Shown: positions 44,801 to 56,800 of the stretch, piece after piece
Layout of the letters: each line of letters begins with the position of its first letter
How positions within the stretch are numbered: the first letter of the stretch is position 1
NCBI RefSeq assembly: GCF_964188315.1
Contig: NC_135668.1
Location: 30,256,001-30,320,000, forward strand
Source: Podarcis muralis
Taxonomy: Eukaryota
DNA: 64,000 nucleotides
Direction: 5' to 3'
Notes under the pieces: generated by a model
The model's database searches: none
Told to the model about the DNA's origin: nothing
Seen by the model: only the letters and a program-made list of their open reading frames with translations
Translations under genes and position numbers: made by a program

Positions 44801-47800
44801 GTGAGTTATTTCTAAGGGTGGGGGGACAGCATGTGGTAAAGCTGGGAATTGCACCTCCACTGATCTTAAAAAACAAACAAACCCTCTCTGAATATTGGCT
44901 TGGAAGTCTTGAAGCAGGTTTATAAGAAAAAAGGGACAAAATAAAAGATAAAGCATGCAGCTAGTCCTGTAGCATTTCTGGAAGACTGTAGCATTTCTGG
45001 AAGCCATAGGTTACCACTAGAAGCCCAAAGGCATCCAGAGAGGGAGCCAGCACCAGTTGGCGCTTGTGGGGGTGGCTGAGCCAGAGTTTGTGGAGGGGAG
45101 GGAATGACTAGCAGAGCCCTCCCCACATTGGGAGGGGGAACTGCTGGCTGGGCCCATTCTTCAGTTCCCCTTTTGCTCTGATCCTGCCTTCAGCTGGCGC
45201 CCACGGGCAGCATCTCACTCGTCAAGTCCATGAGCATCATCCAGAACCCTGTGGAGATCTGTGACCGGGTCTTTGCCCTGATTGAGAGCCTCACGTCCCA
45301 GATACAAAAGCGCCTGGAGGACCCCAAGTCTGCAGGTAGGGAGTGTGCATTGTGCCGTAATAATATTGTGTCATTTGAAGCAACTGGAAGCATAATAACT
45401 GACTCCTTTTGGAAGAAATCGTTGTCCAGGCCCATAGAAATATCATTCAAACTTTTACTTGCAGAACTTGCTTCATAAGAGAATTAAAACATCAAATATA
45501 CATCCAAAAGGTCCTTACATTTTCTTGTGTTGTCCAACACAGACTCAGAATCTTAGAAATACAGCCGTACCTTGGAAGTTGAATGACTTGCGAGTCAAAC
45601 GTTTTGGCTCCTGAATGCTTCAAACCCGAAATTGAGTGTTCCAGTTTGCGAATGTTCTTTGGAACCCAAACATCTAGCACAGGTTCCACGGCTTCCGATT
45701 GGCTGCAGGAAGCTCCTGCAGCCAATCGGAAGCTGCACCTTGGTTTCTGAACATTTTGGAAGTCGAATGGACTTCCAAAATGGATTCCGTTCGACTTCTG
45801 AGGTATGACTGTAAAAGATAACTTCAAAAATCAAAGCAGTGAGTAGGGCAGGGGGATAGCTTAGCAGTTTGTGTTGTGTGTTAGCACCTTAGTTCTTCAT
45901 CGGTCCTTGTTTGAGTGTCCTAACCTTCCCCCCCGCTCCGTGGGTGGGATGACTGATGCTGCTGCTGATTCCTCAGACCTGCAGCTGTACCATAGTGAGA
46001 CACTGGAGCTGATGCTTCAGCGCTGGAGGAAACTGGAGCAGGATTTCCGCCTGAAGAACCGGCGCTATGACATCAGCAAGATCCCCGACATCTATGACTG
46101 CGTCAAGTACGATGTGCAGCACAATGCAGCTCTGAAGCTGGAGGGCACCTCCGAGCTGTTCCGGCTCTCCAAGTCCCTGGCGGATGTTGTCATCCCCCAG
46201 GTGAGGCCTGGCCCTGTGAGGGAGGGTGTGGTGGTGGCATGGGGCTATTGGCTTGCCCTGGGCTGAGTCCCTTCCTGCTTCCCCAGGAATATGGCATTAA
46301 GAAACAAGAGAAGTTGGAGATAGCTGTGGGCTTCTGCCTGCCTCTCATCCGGAAGATCCAGCTGGACCTGCAGAGGACCCACGAGGATGAGTCTGTCAAC
46401 AAGCTGCACCCCCTGTAAGGATCACCCCTGGTATTTTTATGCAACTTAAATCTTTTTAATAGTTATAAATAGAAGAGCCACTGAAAGTTTTGACCTTGCA
46501 TTATCAATTGTTCCCTTGTTTTAGTTTTTTTTAAAATATTTTTTATTGAATTTTCAAATCATATCAACAAATTTTCCACAAATCTTAATTAAACAATTTA
46601 TATATCCATATTTATCCCCTCCCCACTCTTTGGCTTCCCCCATATTTCCGTATTGGTTTATTAAACAATTTCTATACCCTGCTGGTTTTACCTCTTACTC
46701 ATTGTGAAATGAGTCCAAATCTTTATGCTGTTTTTTTATATACTGTATTTTTCGCACCAAAGGACGCACTGGACAATAGGACGCACCTTGTTTTAGGGGG
46801 GGGGGGACAAGAAAAAAAATATCTCCCCCTCTCTGCCCAGCGCCCCTTCAGCGAAGCAGCAGGAGGTGCTGCACAGAGAAGGGGAGAATTTTCCCCTCTT
46901 GTTTCAGGCGGCTACCTTGGAAGCCTGGAGAGCGAGAGGGGTTGGTGCGCACCGACCCTTCTCGCTCTCCAGGCTTCAGGTTCCTTTCGATCTGCTCTTT
47001 GGGGCTGGCGGGGGGAAGCCCACCACCAGCCCCAAAGAGCAGGTCAGGGAGCAGCGCAAAGGCGCGCAGCAGAGAGGCTGCTGCCACAGCTGCGCGTCAC
47101 CTCTCCAGCCGGGAGAGGGTCGCGGGGGGCTTCTTTAGTCGCGCGTGCGCGCTCTCCCCGCTGGAGAGGTGGTGCGCGGCTATAGAGGCTCCTGCCATAG
47201 CCGCGCGTCACCACTCCAGCCGGCAGAGGGTCGTGGGGCTATGCTGTCTTCGCTCCATAGGATGCACACACATTCCCCCTTCATTTTTGAAGGGGAAAAA
47301 GTGCGTCCTATGGTGCGAAAAATACGGTAGTTTATAAATGGTTCCCGCTTATTTTAATGGTTCCCTTGTTTTAATTTTTTCATCTCCTTGATGCAATTCT
47401 AATAACTCTTAATAGGTTAACCATTTCTCTTTGCCTGTCAACTCTTTTCTGTAGATAGCTTCTTCTAGTCGGGGGTGGGTGGGTGTTTGTGCATAACACA
47501 TTTACTTTAACTGTATCGTACCCCAAATGCCCATGCCATCCAAACCTTGTCATGTCCTTTTAATTCCAAAAGTTTCTCAATGTCATCCATTCCTTCATCC
47601 ATCCTAAGCAACAAGCTACAAATACAATTTCAAGTCAGGCAAGCCCTATCCTCTTTTCCCCTTTGCATCTTGCAGAACTTCAGATTTAACTCGTGTTTTC
47701 ACCTGCCATACAAACGTAGATAAAGATTTTTGCCATTGTTTAAATGGTATATCAGTGGTCAAAATAGATATTGTTTGAAACAAAAAGTCTCATTCTAAGC

Positions 47801-50800
47801 AAGACATTCATCTTTATCACAGAAATCCTGCCTAACTTGACAATTTTATTTCTCCCATCTTGATATATCTTGTTTAATTTCAGCTCATGTCTTAACATAA
47901 TTATTTTGAAACGGCATACAATTCGCATTTGTCATGGTAATACCCAAATACTTTACTTTTTTATTAATTTGAAACCCCGTTTTCTCCATCAAAATCTTTG
48001 GGTCTTCAGTTGTCATATTCTTCATTAGCATTTTCATTTTCTGGTGATTAGCCTTAAAGCATGCTAGTGTACCAAACTCATTTAATTTATCCAGAAATGT
48101 CTCTGCTCCCTGTAGTGGATTTTCCAATACTATCATCAAAACATCGGCAAATGCCTGTAACTTACAAGTTTCTTTTTAAATCTTTGCTCCCCAAATTCTT
48201 TCGTCTTGTCTAGTGTCTCTAAACAAAACTTCCAAGACCAAATTGCAGAGTAATGGGGACAGTGAGTGCCCTCTTTCCAAAAGACGTCTGTCTTTTCCTC
48301 CTTGTGAATCTGCGTTGGCCTCCAAGCCCTCTTGGTGACAGAACTCCCAGAATTGTTGGTGAGCTTTTGGTCCCCTCACTGCTTGGACTGCTCTGCTTCC
48401 AGGTACTCGAGAGGAGTCCTGTCTCCAGGGCGCCATGTCCGGACACGCTTGTACTTCACCAGCGAGAGCCACGTCCACTCCCTGCTCAGCATCTTCCGCT
48501 ATGGGGGCCTCCTGGATGTACGTGAGCCAGCCATGGTGTTTTGTGTGTGTGTGTTTTGGCCATGGAGAGGGGCTGACCCAGGGCTCTCCAGTGCCCTTTG
48601 CTGAAGGGGCAGCCCTTTGTCTCCTGATAACTCTGGCAGCGCCCTCTGCTGGTGGCTCCAGAGTCAGCCTTGAATTTCATTCAAGAGTCTGGAGGGTGGG
48701 CCTGAACTGTCCTCCAAACACTGGGGTGAGGTGGGGGGGACGACAGGAAGATGCTGCCTGCAGCCTGTTCCTCTGAGCCATCCTTGGAAGACTTGCTCAG
48801 TAGGTTCACCTCCCTGGTTTGACCCAATAGTCACTGAATATCATTTATAGACGTGCTTTTCAGGTGAACCCACAAAGCAGTTTACATAGAAATACTTAAC
48901 CAGTCAGCCTCTATTAAGACTTTATAATGGGAAGGCCAAGGCCAGCTACCAAGGGAAGAGAGCACCTTCTGCCATCAGGGCAAGGGTGTCTTTGGGCAGC
49001 TCAGGGGGGCAGCTATGGGAGGAAGAGGCTACTCCATGGACAGTGTGTGTGTGTGTATTGGTGAGTCAAACCACTTGCTTCTGCTAGACAGTCACCTGGA
49101 TTTTGGCATGTCGTGAGAATTGGTTGGAGCTGGTTCATCTGAAAGGGTCCACAGCACAGTGGGTTTTTTGGCCAATGCTAGGAAGAAAAGCTGTGGGCTG
49201 CGAAGTCTGCCTTGTGCTGAACTCCTTCAGGAGGGTTTATGCGAGATTCACTGCAGGGAGGAGCGCTAGACCCCTTCCAGGTCCCTTCAAGGCTGAGCCC
49301 GCCCCTTCCAGGCCCTTTAATCCTGCCTGTCCTTGTCCTGCTCTTGCCTTTCAGGAATCAAAAGACCCTCAATGGCAGAGGGCCATGGACTACCTGAGCG
49401 CCATCTCGGAGCTGAACTACATGACGCAGATTGTCATCATGCTGTACGAGGACAACAACAAGGTGAGGGAGCAGAGGAGGAGGAAGAAGAAGCTGGCGGG
49501 GGGTGGTGGTGGGAGGCCGAGTGGCCAAGCCACTGTGACTTCTTCTCCAGCAGAGCCTCACTGCTCTCTTGGCAGGACCCTTCCTCTGAGGAGAGGTTCC
49601 ACGTGGAGCTGCACTTCAGCCCAGGGGTGAAGGGCTGTGAGGAGGACGGCAGCGCCCCAGCAGGCTCTGGTTTCCGCCCGGCTTCTGCAGAGGTGAGTCC
49701 ATGGCCTCTGAGGCTGCTGGGAACAAAGCCACTTGTAAGGCAGCTGGTCTGACCCTGTTGCTCCCAGACGGTGCTGGAATGGCCGTCTGCTGGGAAGGTG
49801 GGATGAAGGTCAGCTCTCACCTGATCTGGCGCAGGTGCTGAGAGATCCCTTCTGACTACCAGAGGAGGGAGAGAGAGGGTGGACGCTGCCTCTCTGGGGT
49901 GTGTGTCTCGCTCTGCCCTGAGGAAAGAGATTCTGTACCCATTTTACCTCAGGCTAATGATGGAGGCACATCCGAGTGACTGAAGGTGCCTTGTTTGAGT
50001 TCTGCATTATCACAATGATAGTATTACTAGAAAGAAAGTCTCCGTCCTCCCCTGGCTGACCTCTTTCCTCACAGTGTGGGGCAGGGGGGAGACTTTCCCA
50101 GCCCAAGGGCTCCCTTCCCTCCTGGACCCACATGCCATTAGTGGGCGGGACCAAAACCTAAGCGGAGGATGCAAATTTCCCCTTTGTTCAGTAGGCCCAT
50201 TTCTGTACACCTTCACACACAGAGCCTGTTCTGGATACAGGCATGCGAGAGGCAGAAACCCTTGTGCAACACAGGGCCAGTCTGGGATGTGGCTTGGGGA
50301 GCATGCCAGGGGCCAGAGAAAGGGGCCCAGAGGGCCACTGCATTCTACCCCAGGTCTGAGGTTCCCACCTCTGCATCACCGCCTCCAGCCTCCTTTCCGC
50401 TGCCTAAAGTTTCCCCTCACTTCCAGTTCTCAGCCCAAGGCAATGCCCCTTACACACCCACCCCCTTGTGCTGCTTTCCTGCAGAAGGAAGCCAAGAAGC
50501 CGGAGGAGGGGAGCCTGGAGGAGCTGTCCAAGCCCAAGGCCATTGTGGAGATGGACCAAGCCCAGCACCTCTCCTCTCCGCCCCTGGAACCCATCTACGT
50601 CCAGCGGAGATCCCCTCTCATCCGCAACCGCAAGACCGGCTCCATGGAGGTANNNNNNNNNNNNNNNNNNNNNNNNNNNNNNNNNNNNNNNNNNNNNNNN
50701 NNNNNNNNNNNNNNNNNNNNNNNNNNNNNNNNNNNNNNNNNNNNNNNNNNNNNNNNNNNNNNNNNNNNNNNNNNNNNNNNNNNNNAATGAGAAATCCACC

Positions 50801-53800
50801 TGAAGAAAACGAAGACAAGAGAATGTATTGTTCTTTACTTCTACCAAAACATTTGTGCTATAACCAAAGCTCTGGATGGTGGGTTTGTCTGCATCTTCTA
50901 GAGGGAGGATCCCCAGATGTCGTGGCCCAGAAGGAGGGGAGGTGTTTTTCCCTCCTCCAAGAGCTGCTTCCTCCTCTGCCCCACAACCACTTTCTGTCTA
51001 CCAGTTTGTCCCTTGCTGCTGCTGCTGCTGCTGCCCCCGGCCAAGGTGCCAGAGGCCTCCAGAGCCACCTGAGTGCTTGTTTTCCACAGGTGCTGTCTGA
51101 ATCTTCCTCCAAGGCGGGTGGCTATCGCCTCTTCTCCTACTCGCGGCATTCCTCAGAAGTGAAGCAGAGCGGGTTAGGTAGGAACTTCTCTGTTCTCTCT
51201 CTCTCTCTGTTGACAATCCTGGTTGGTCAGTGGGTGGGATTTTGTATGTTTTTTCTCCCAGCCAGATAGGATCTGAGGCTGTCTCTGTAAAGTGCCCCCC
51301 TCCCCCTGAGCCTGGGCTGCCTGCCTGAGGCCCTGCGCTCCCTTCCCTTCCCTTCTCTAGCTGGCCTTTTCTCCTGTGGCGCTGCTCTGGGATCTCACAG
51401 ACATTTTGAGAGTCCAGGCAAGGAATGTCTCAGGTGGGTAGGCAGGCAGTTTCTGACAGTTAGCAGGAGGGACAGGGAGTCTTGGCCTGAGGGCTAAATG
51501 TGGTTTTTCTTTTTTTAAAAAAACCTTTGGGATTTTTTTGGGGGGGGGGCAGAAACACATAAATGGATTTTTACTAGCCCTTCTCGGGTGAAGAAGCAAT
51601 GGCAGTGGCCACCCTGTGCCCTCCAGCTTTGGCAGGCTGTTTCCCTGGCACATAGGAATGACCCCCTCCCCGCAAAATGAAAGGAGCTATATTCATGTAA
51701 TGAATGAATATTACATCTTAACGGAAGAACAATAATAGCCCCTGTCTCATTGAAAAAGCCCTGGCGGTGGAGAACCCTACCCCCAAGACACGAGTTGTCT
51801 TCCAAATGCCTCGTGTGTGTGCAATCACTCAAGAAAAGAAGGCAGGTACTGATTTAGAGCCCTTTTTCTGAGGCGGGGGCAGATTCGGGGGCTTCCTCAC
51901 AGGCCCTTCCTTCCCAAAAGAAGGTCACTGGCCAGGGGACCCCTTCCCATCTCCCCAGAGCCAAAGACAGAGGTGGGAGGAAGGAGCTTCTCCAAGGGCA
52001 AAATTGGAGGGTGCAGTGTGTGTGTGTGTTTTGTGCTGTCTGTTTGAATCCGGGCACTGACCCAGGCCTGCTTACCTGCACCTCGAGACCATTATTCCCC
52101 TTACGTAACAGGCTGCTTGCTAAATCACCTGCACTCTTGGCCTTGAGTCTAAATTGGGGGTGGGGGACACTCTGCACTTGGCTCCAGCCTGCTCTATGTG
52201 GCCTTGCTGGCGGGGAACATGGCATGTGGTCCAATCACGGTGCTTGCCTGAGCCAGTAAAAGCCCACCCACCCCACTCCACACCCAAACCTGTGTTGTGA
52301 TGCTCCCTCTTGCACCTGCCCTTGCTCTGATCCACAGGGCTCTCTGCCTGGGTAGTCAGCCTCTTCCTCTGTCCCTCGGGCTTGGGAGTGTTTTGGTCTG
52401 GTCCTGGGCTTGTGGGCTGGACCACTGACCATCGCTTCTGGCCACAGCATGTGAGAAGACGGTGAGGCTTCGAGAAGCTGGAGCAGGCTGGCTGTGCCCT
52501 GGGCCGCAGAGGTCTGCCCCTGCTCCTCTGTTTTGTGTTGCCCTCCAGAGCAGATTTAGGAGCTGCAGACCCCCTCTCTCCTTCTTCCTTTGCCACTTGG
52601 AGGGGAGGACGGTGGCAATTGGGGGCTGCGGCGCCTTCTTGGGCCTCTTCCTGCAAGGGCTGCTCTGCTGCTTTCTGCCCCACTAAGCTGGGTTGCCTGA
52701 GCTGCATGTGGGTGTGTTTGTGTGCAAACGTGTGATACTAACAGCCTGCTGGACCTTTTCAGGGTCGCAGTGCACGGGTCTCTTCAGCACCACGGTCCTG
52801 GGGGGCTCCTCCAGTGCCCCCAACCTCCAGGATTATGCCCGCAGCCACGGGAAGAAGTTCGCCTCCAGCTTTCTATACAAAGATGGTAGGTGCACCCTCT
52901 GCAGAGACATCCTGAGGCTTGGGGCTGGGCGCTTGGCGGGGAGGCTCCAGGGAAGCTTGGGGGCTGAGCACTCCGAGGACCCCCTTGCCCCCATGGGTCC
53001 TGGGAGAGCAGGGCTGGGAGAAGGTGTCTCCACATCCTGAGGGCCTCTTGCCTGGAGCTGCCTGGTCTCACCAACACCACAGGTCCTCCTAAGGACGGAG
53101 AAGCAGACTTAGTCACGGCATCCATTAGCAGGGGGATGGAGAGCAGGTTTGAAGCTCTCAGGGATCAGCCTCACTAGTGAAGTGCTCCTTCCCCTCCCAG
53201 AGCAGGACGGGAGTTGCCTAGCATTGAAGAGAAGCCGCAGGTGCCAGGAGTTGTTATGGGCGGCAATGTGGGGCAGGGCGAGCAGCTGGGTTGGCTTTTC
53301 AGGTGAAGCAGAACAGGAGATGGGGTTGCCGCTCTGCAAGTCTCTGCCAAACAGCCTGCAGGGATGATTCTGCTCCTCCTCAGTGGCATTTACTGGGTCT
53401 CTCTTGGGGTTTATTCCTCTGGCAGCTGCCTTCAGCCTTCAAGCATACACAAGGTTGTTATAAAGTCCTGGCAGGGTTTTCACACCAAATAACACCTTCC
53501 CTGCTTGCTTTCTGCCCCTTGCAGCAGAGAATTCTTCTCGGCTCCAGCCCTGTTGTGACTAGCCTGTCTTGCAAACTGGGCTTGGAGCATGGCTCTCAAA
53601 TAGTTGGGGAGCTGCTCAAGAACTTTCTGAGCCTCTTCTGGCACCTTCTGGTCCTCCCAAGGTCTTTTTCGCTTCTTGCATTTGCTTGGTTGTTGAAAGA
53701 GAGAGAGAGAGAGATTCTACAGCGCTTGCTGAGGCCTGGGTTGGCATGGCAGAGGAAGGAAGGGGAAGCCTGTTTTTGTGGGCTATTAAGGTTGGCCTCT

Positions 53801-56800
53801 TGGGGGCTGCTCCTAGCACCATGCTGGGGTGATTTCCCACAGGGTTGTGTGGTGGGTGCTTTCTCTTCTTTCCCAACCAGAAGCTTAGGGGTGTCAGTAA
53901 CACTGTCTGACCCAGCTCAGCAATATTGGCAGGTGAAGGAGCTGGGCTGATGCTGGTCCTTGGCCAGTAGAGTGTTGCAGAGCATTCCTGCACCCTTCAT
54001 TGTGGCTCTGGACAGGGAGGTTGAAGAAGCAGGGGCTACTGCCCTCCTCCTCTGCCCTTCTCTCCCATGGGACCCATCTGGGGAGTGCTTGTCTTCGGTC
54101 TCCTGTTGCGCCGCTGTCCTGTGGGGCCCATTGCCCCTTTGTGTGTGTGTGTCAGACCGTCCCTTGTGCATGTTGCTCCTCCCAGCAACCTCCTGGGGGA
54201 GGGCAGTCTAGTGTGGGGTGAGGCCCCTTCCTGTGGTGGGCCTGTGCTTCCAGCAGGGGGCGGCACAAGCAGATGTGCGCCTAACTGACGCGATGCTCTC
54301 ATCTTGTTTCCTCAGAGCTCTTGTCTATGCCAGCTGTAAAGCGGTTTTCTGTGTCATTTGCAAAGCATCCAACTAACGGTACGTTTGCTTCTTAATTTGA
54401 CGCCCCTCCCTGCTCCTCCTGCTCCCTCCACCCTTCCATCCCTGCGTGCATGAGTGGGTAGCTGTGTCGTGCTGTGCTGTCGCCCCCCCCCCCCGCCACT
54501 AACCACCCTCTTGGCTCTCCCTTCTGTGTTCTCACAGGGATGGGGTGGGAGCAGAGGGACCCCTCAAAACATAAACAGCAGCAGCAGGGAGGGCAAGATG
54601 AGGCACCTGCCCCGCCCCCGGCTGGAGTGACCTGATGGGAGAGAGCCTATGGGGTACCAGCTGCTCCCCCCTCGCTGGGAGAGAGCCTTGCCCAGTTCCC
54701 CCCTCTCTTTAGGCTGCTTGCCTGCTTGCTTGCCTGCCTGCCTGCCTGCCCTCCAGTTCTCCCACCCCCAGGCAACAGGTCTTGCTGGGCAGTGTGAGTT
54801 CAGAGGAGGGGAGGTGCCTCTCTCTTTTCATTGGGGTCTTTGCCTCTGCCGGGGTGTCTGGCTCTTGCCCGACTACAGGAGGTCTTGGCTGGCCCTGGGC
54901 AGGCTTGGAGGTGTCTGGTGGGTGGAAATTGGGGTGGGGGAAGCTGCTCACAGCCCCTTGGGGAAGGTTTTCTTTCAGAGTAAAACATGCTAATTGCATT
55001 AGAGAGATTTCCAAGTCTTTTCGCTTCTGGAAAAGACAGGTTCCTTCTGTTTCTGCTTGCTTTAGTAGAGGGCTGCAAACTCCTTCTAAGCCTCAATCAT
55101 CTCCCTTTCCTTTGTGCTTATTGTCACTTTCTTCTTTGCTTCCCTCTTCTGTTATTTGCCAGCTAGCAAAAAGTCTTGCTTAAATCACTGGAGGGACCGG
55201 TTGGAAGACAGGGCTGATTGTAAACTCCAAGCCTCATATTTGGTGCTTCTGTAGTTCTACAATTTATTCATTTAAATTTATTCATTTCATTTTATTCATT
55301 TAAATTGGGCTTTTTCGTTTCTAGGAGTTAAAAGCAGGGTTTTAAAAACCAGTCTATGGTGCTTGAGTGCATTTCTCTCCTCAGTAGAGCTGAGGAATAT
55401 CCCTGCCTCCCCTGTGGCTGGCTGCCAGTGGAGGGGCACCCCCACATTTTGCTCAGTGGAGTCCTTTGCATCCCATGTGAGGTTCGAGAATGAGCGGTGG
55501 AGGGACTCTGAGGAGGAGGGGCAGCCCAGAGCCGCGAGGGGGGGGGGGCAAGGAGCAAGAGACTCAAAGGCTGTAGGCTTACATGCCCCTTCCTTGCATG
55601 CAGAACAGCAAGGCCAACTTCTCCTCCTGACTGGCTATTTCTGCCTGGGGGAGGGTTTCTTCCAAATGGGGGCTTCCCTTAGGGACATCTGGTTGGCCAC
55701 TGTGGGAAGAGGATACCGGGTCCTTTGGGTTCTTCTGATGATTTTATGGAAACTGAATTGGTGCTGACCAGACAATGCTTCTGCCAAATGTCTCAAAGGG
55801 CCTTCAGGTGCCCAGAAAGTGTTTGCCTGTGTTGTCTCTGAAGTGGGAACAGAGTTAGCTCCATGGCGGGTGGTGCTGGCAGCTGTCCTCCCTCCCCATG
55901 CTCTTCCATGGTCCAGGCTGGGCTCCCCCCCCTCCTCCTACCCTTCCCCTCTCTGTTGCCTTGGCTTTGGCTCTGCTGTGCCCCTCCCCCACTCACCCTT
56001 TGTGGCCCCATTCCCCCCAGATGAGCTGGAAGGCCCCTGCGGGCGGCTGCTGCTGCGCCACTTTTCCTCTGACTTTGCCGCCAGCCAGCCCGCCTCCCTC
56101 CTGGATGCCGCCCTGGCACATCACCTCCGCCAGTGCTCCTACCACTTCCGCCTCTTCCGGGACTGGCTGGTCTCTGGCCGGGGGGACCTGGAGAGCCTCG
56201 ACGGTACGGCATGGCACTGCATGGTGCCTTGGGGGCCTCCTAGGCTGGGCCCTCCCTGCCCAGGGGGTCCCTGTGGCTCTGCCTCTTCAGGGGCTGCTTC
56301 CCTCCCTCCCCTGCCCAGCTGCCCTTTGCCTGGAGGAGGCCAGCCAGGAAACCTCTTCTCTTGTCCTGCCGATTCTTTCTCCGCTCCTCTTCACCGGGCT
56401 ACAGCAATGTTAAAACACAACATTAAAAAAACAGCTAAATTCCTGGCTACCTAGAAAGGCTGCGAGCCCTGGTGGGTCTCGCTTGCCCCTTGCCCACCCC
56501 CATGGAAGCCGGGCGACTGAGGAAGGGCTGCCCCTGCTGCTGCTGCCGCCGCTGCTGCCGCCGCTTCTTTGCATGAGGTTTGGTTTGGCTTCTGGGGGCC
56601 CCCCCAGGTCCTGGGCGTTGTCTCCCCAGCCAGCCCAGGCTGTTCTGCACCTGGTGCCAAAACCCTTGCAGAGTGTGCATGTGTGGGAATTGTGTTGCAT
56701 GGGCAAAGCAGCTTCCCTGCCCCACAACCTGCCAAGGGGGAGCAGTGTGGGACTTGAAGGATGGGGGACTCTTGGGCAGGCCCATAGGGACCCTCCCTTT

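Noticed and set aside
43222-45005. Short direct repeats (18 bp x2 near 43225, 19 bp x2 near 44967) considered as CRISPR-like
   Set aside because: They are adjacent duplications without spacers in a eukaryotic intron, consistent with replication slippage.
52448-52461. Possible 14-nt microexon (cag|CATGTGAGAAGACG|gtgagg)
   Set aside because: It is not frame-preserving between phase-1 neighbours and the pyrimidine tract is weak.
52784-52804. RE1-like TTCAGCACCACGGTCC inside a PPIP5K1 exon
   Set aside because: The GGACAG right half is broken and the match follows from the codons for FSTTV.
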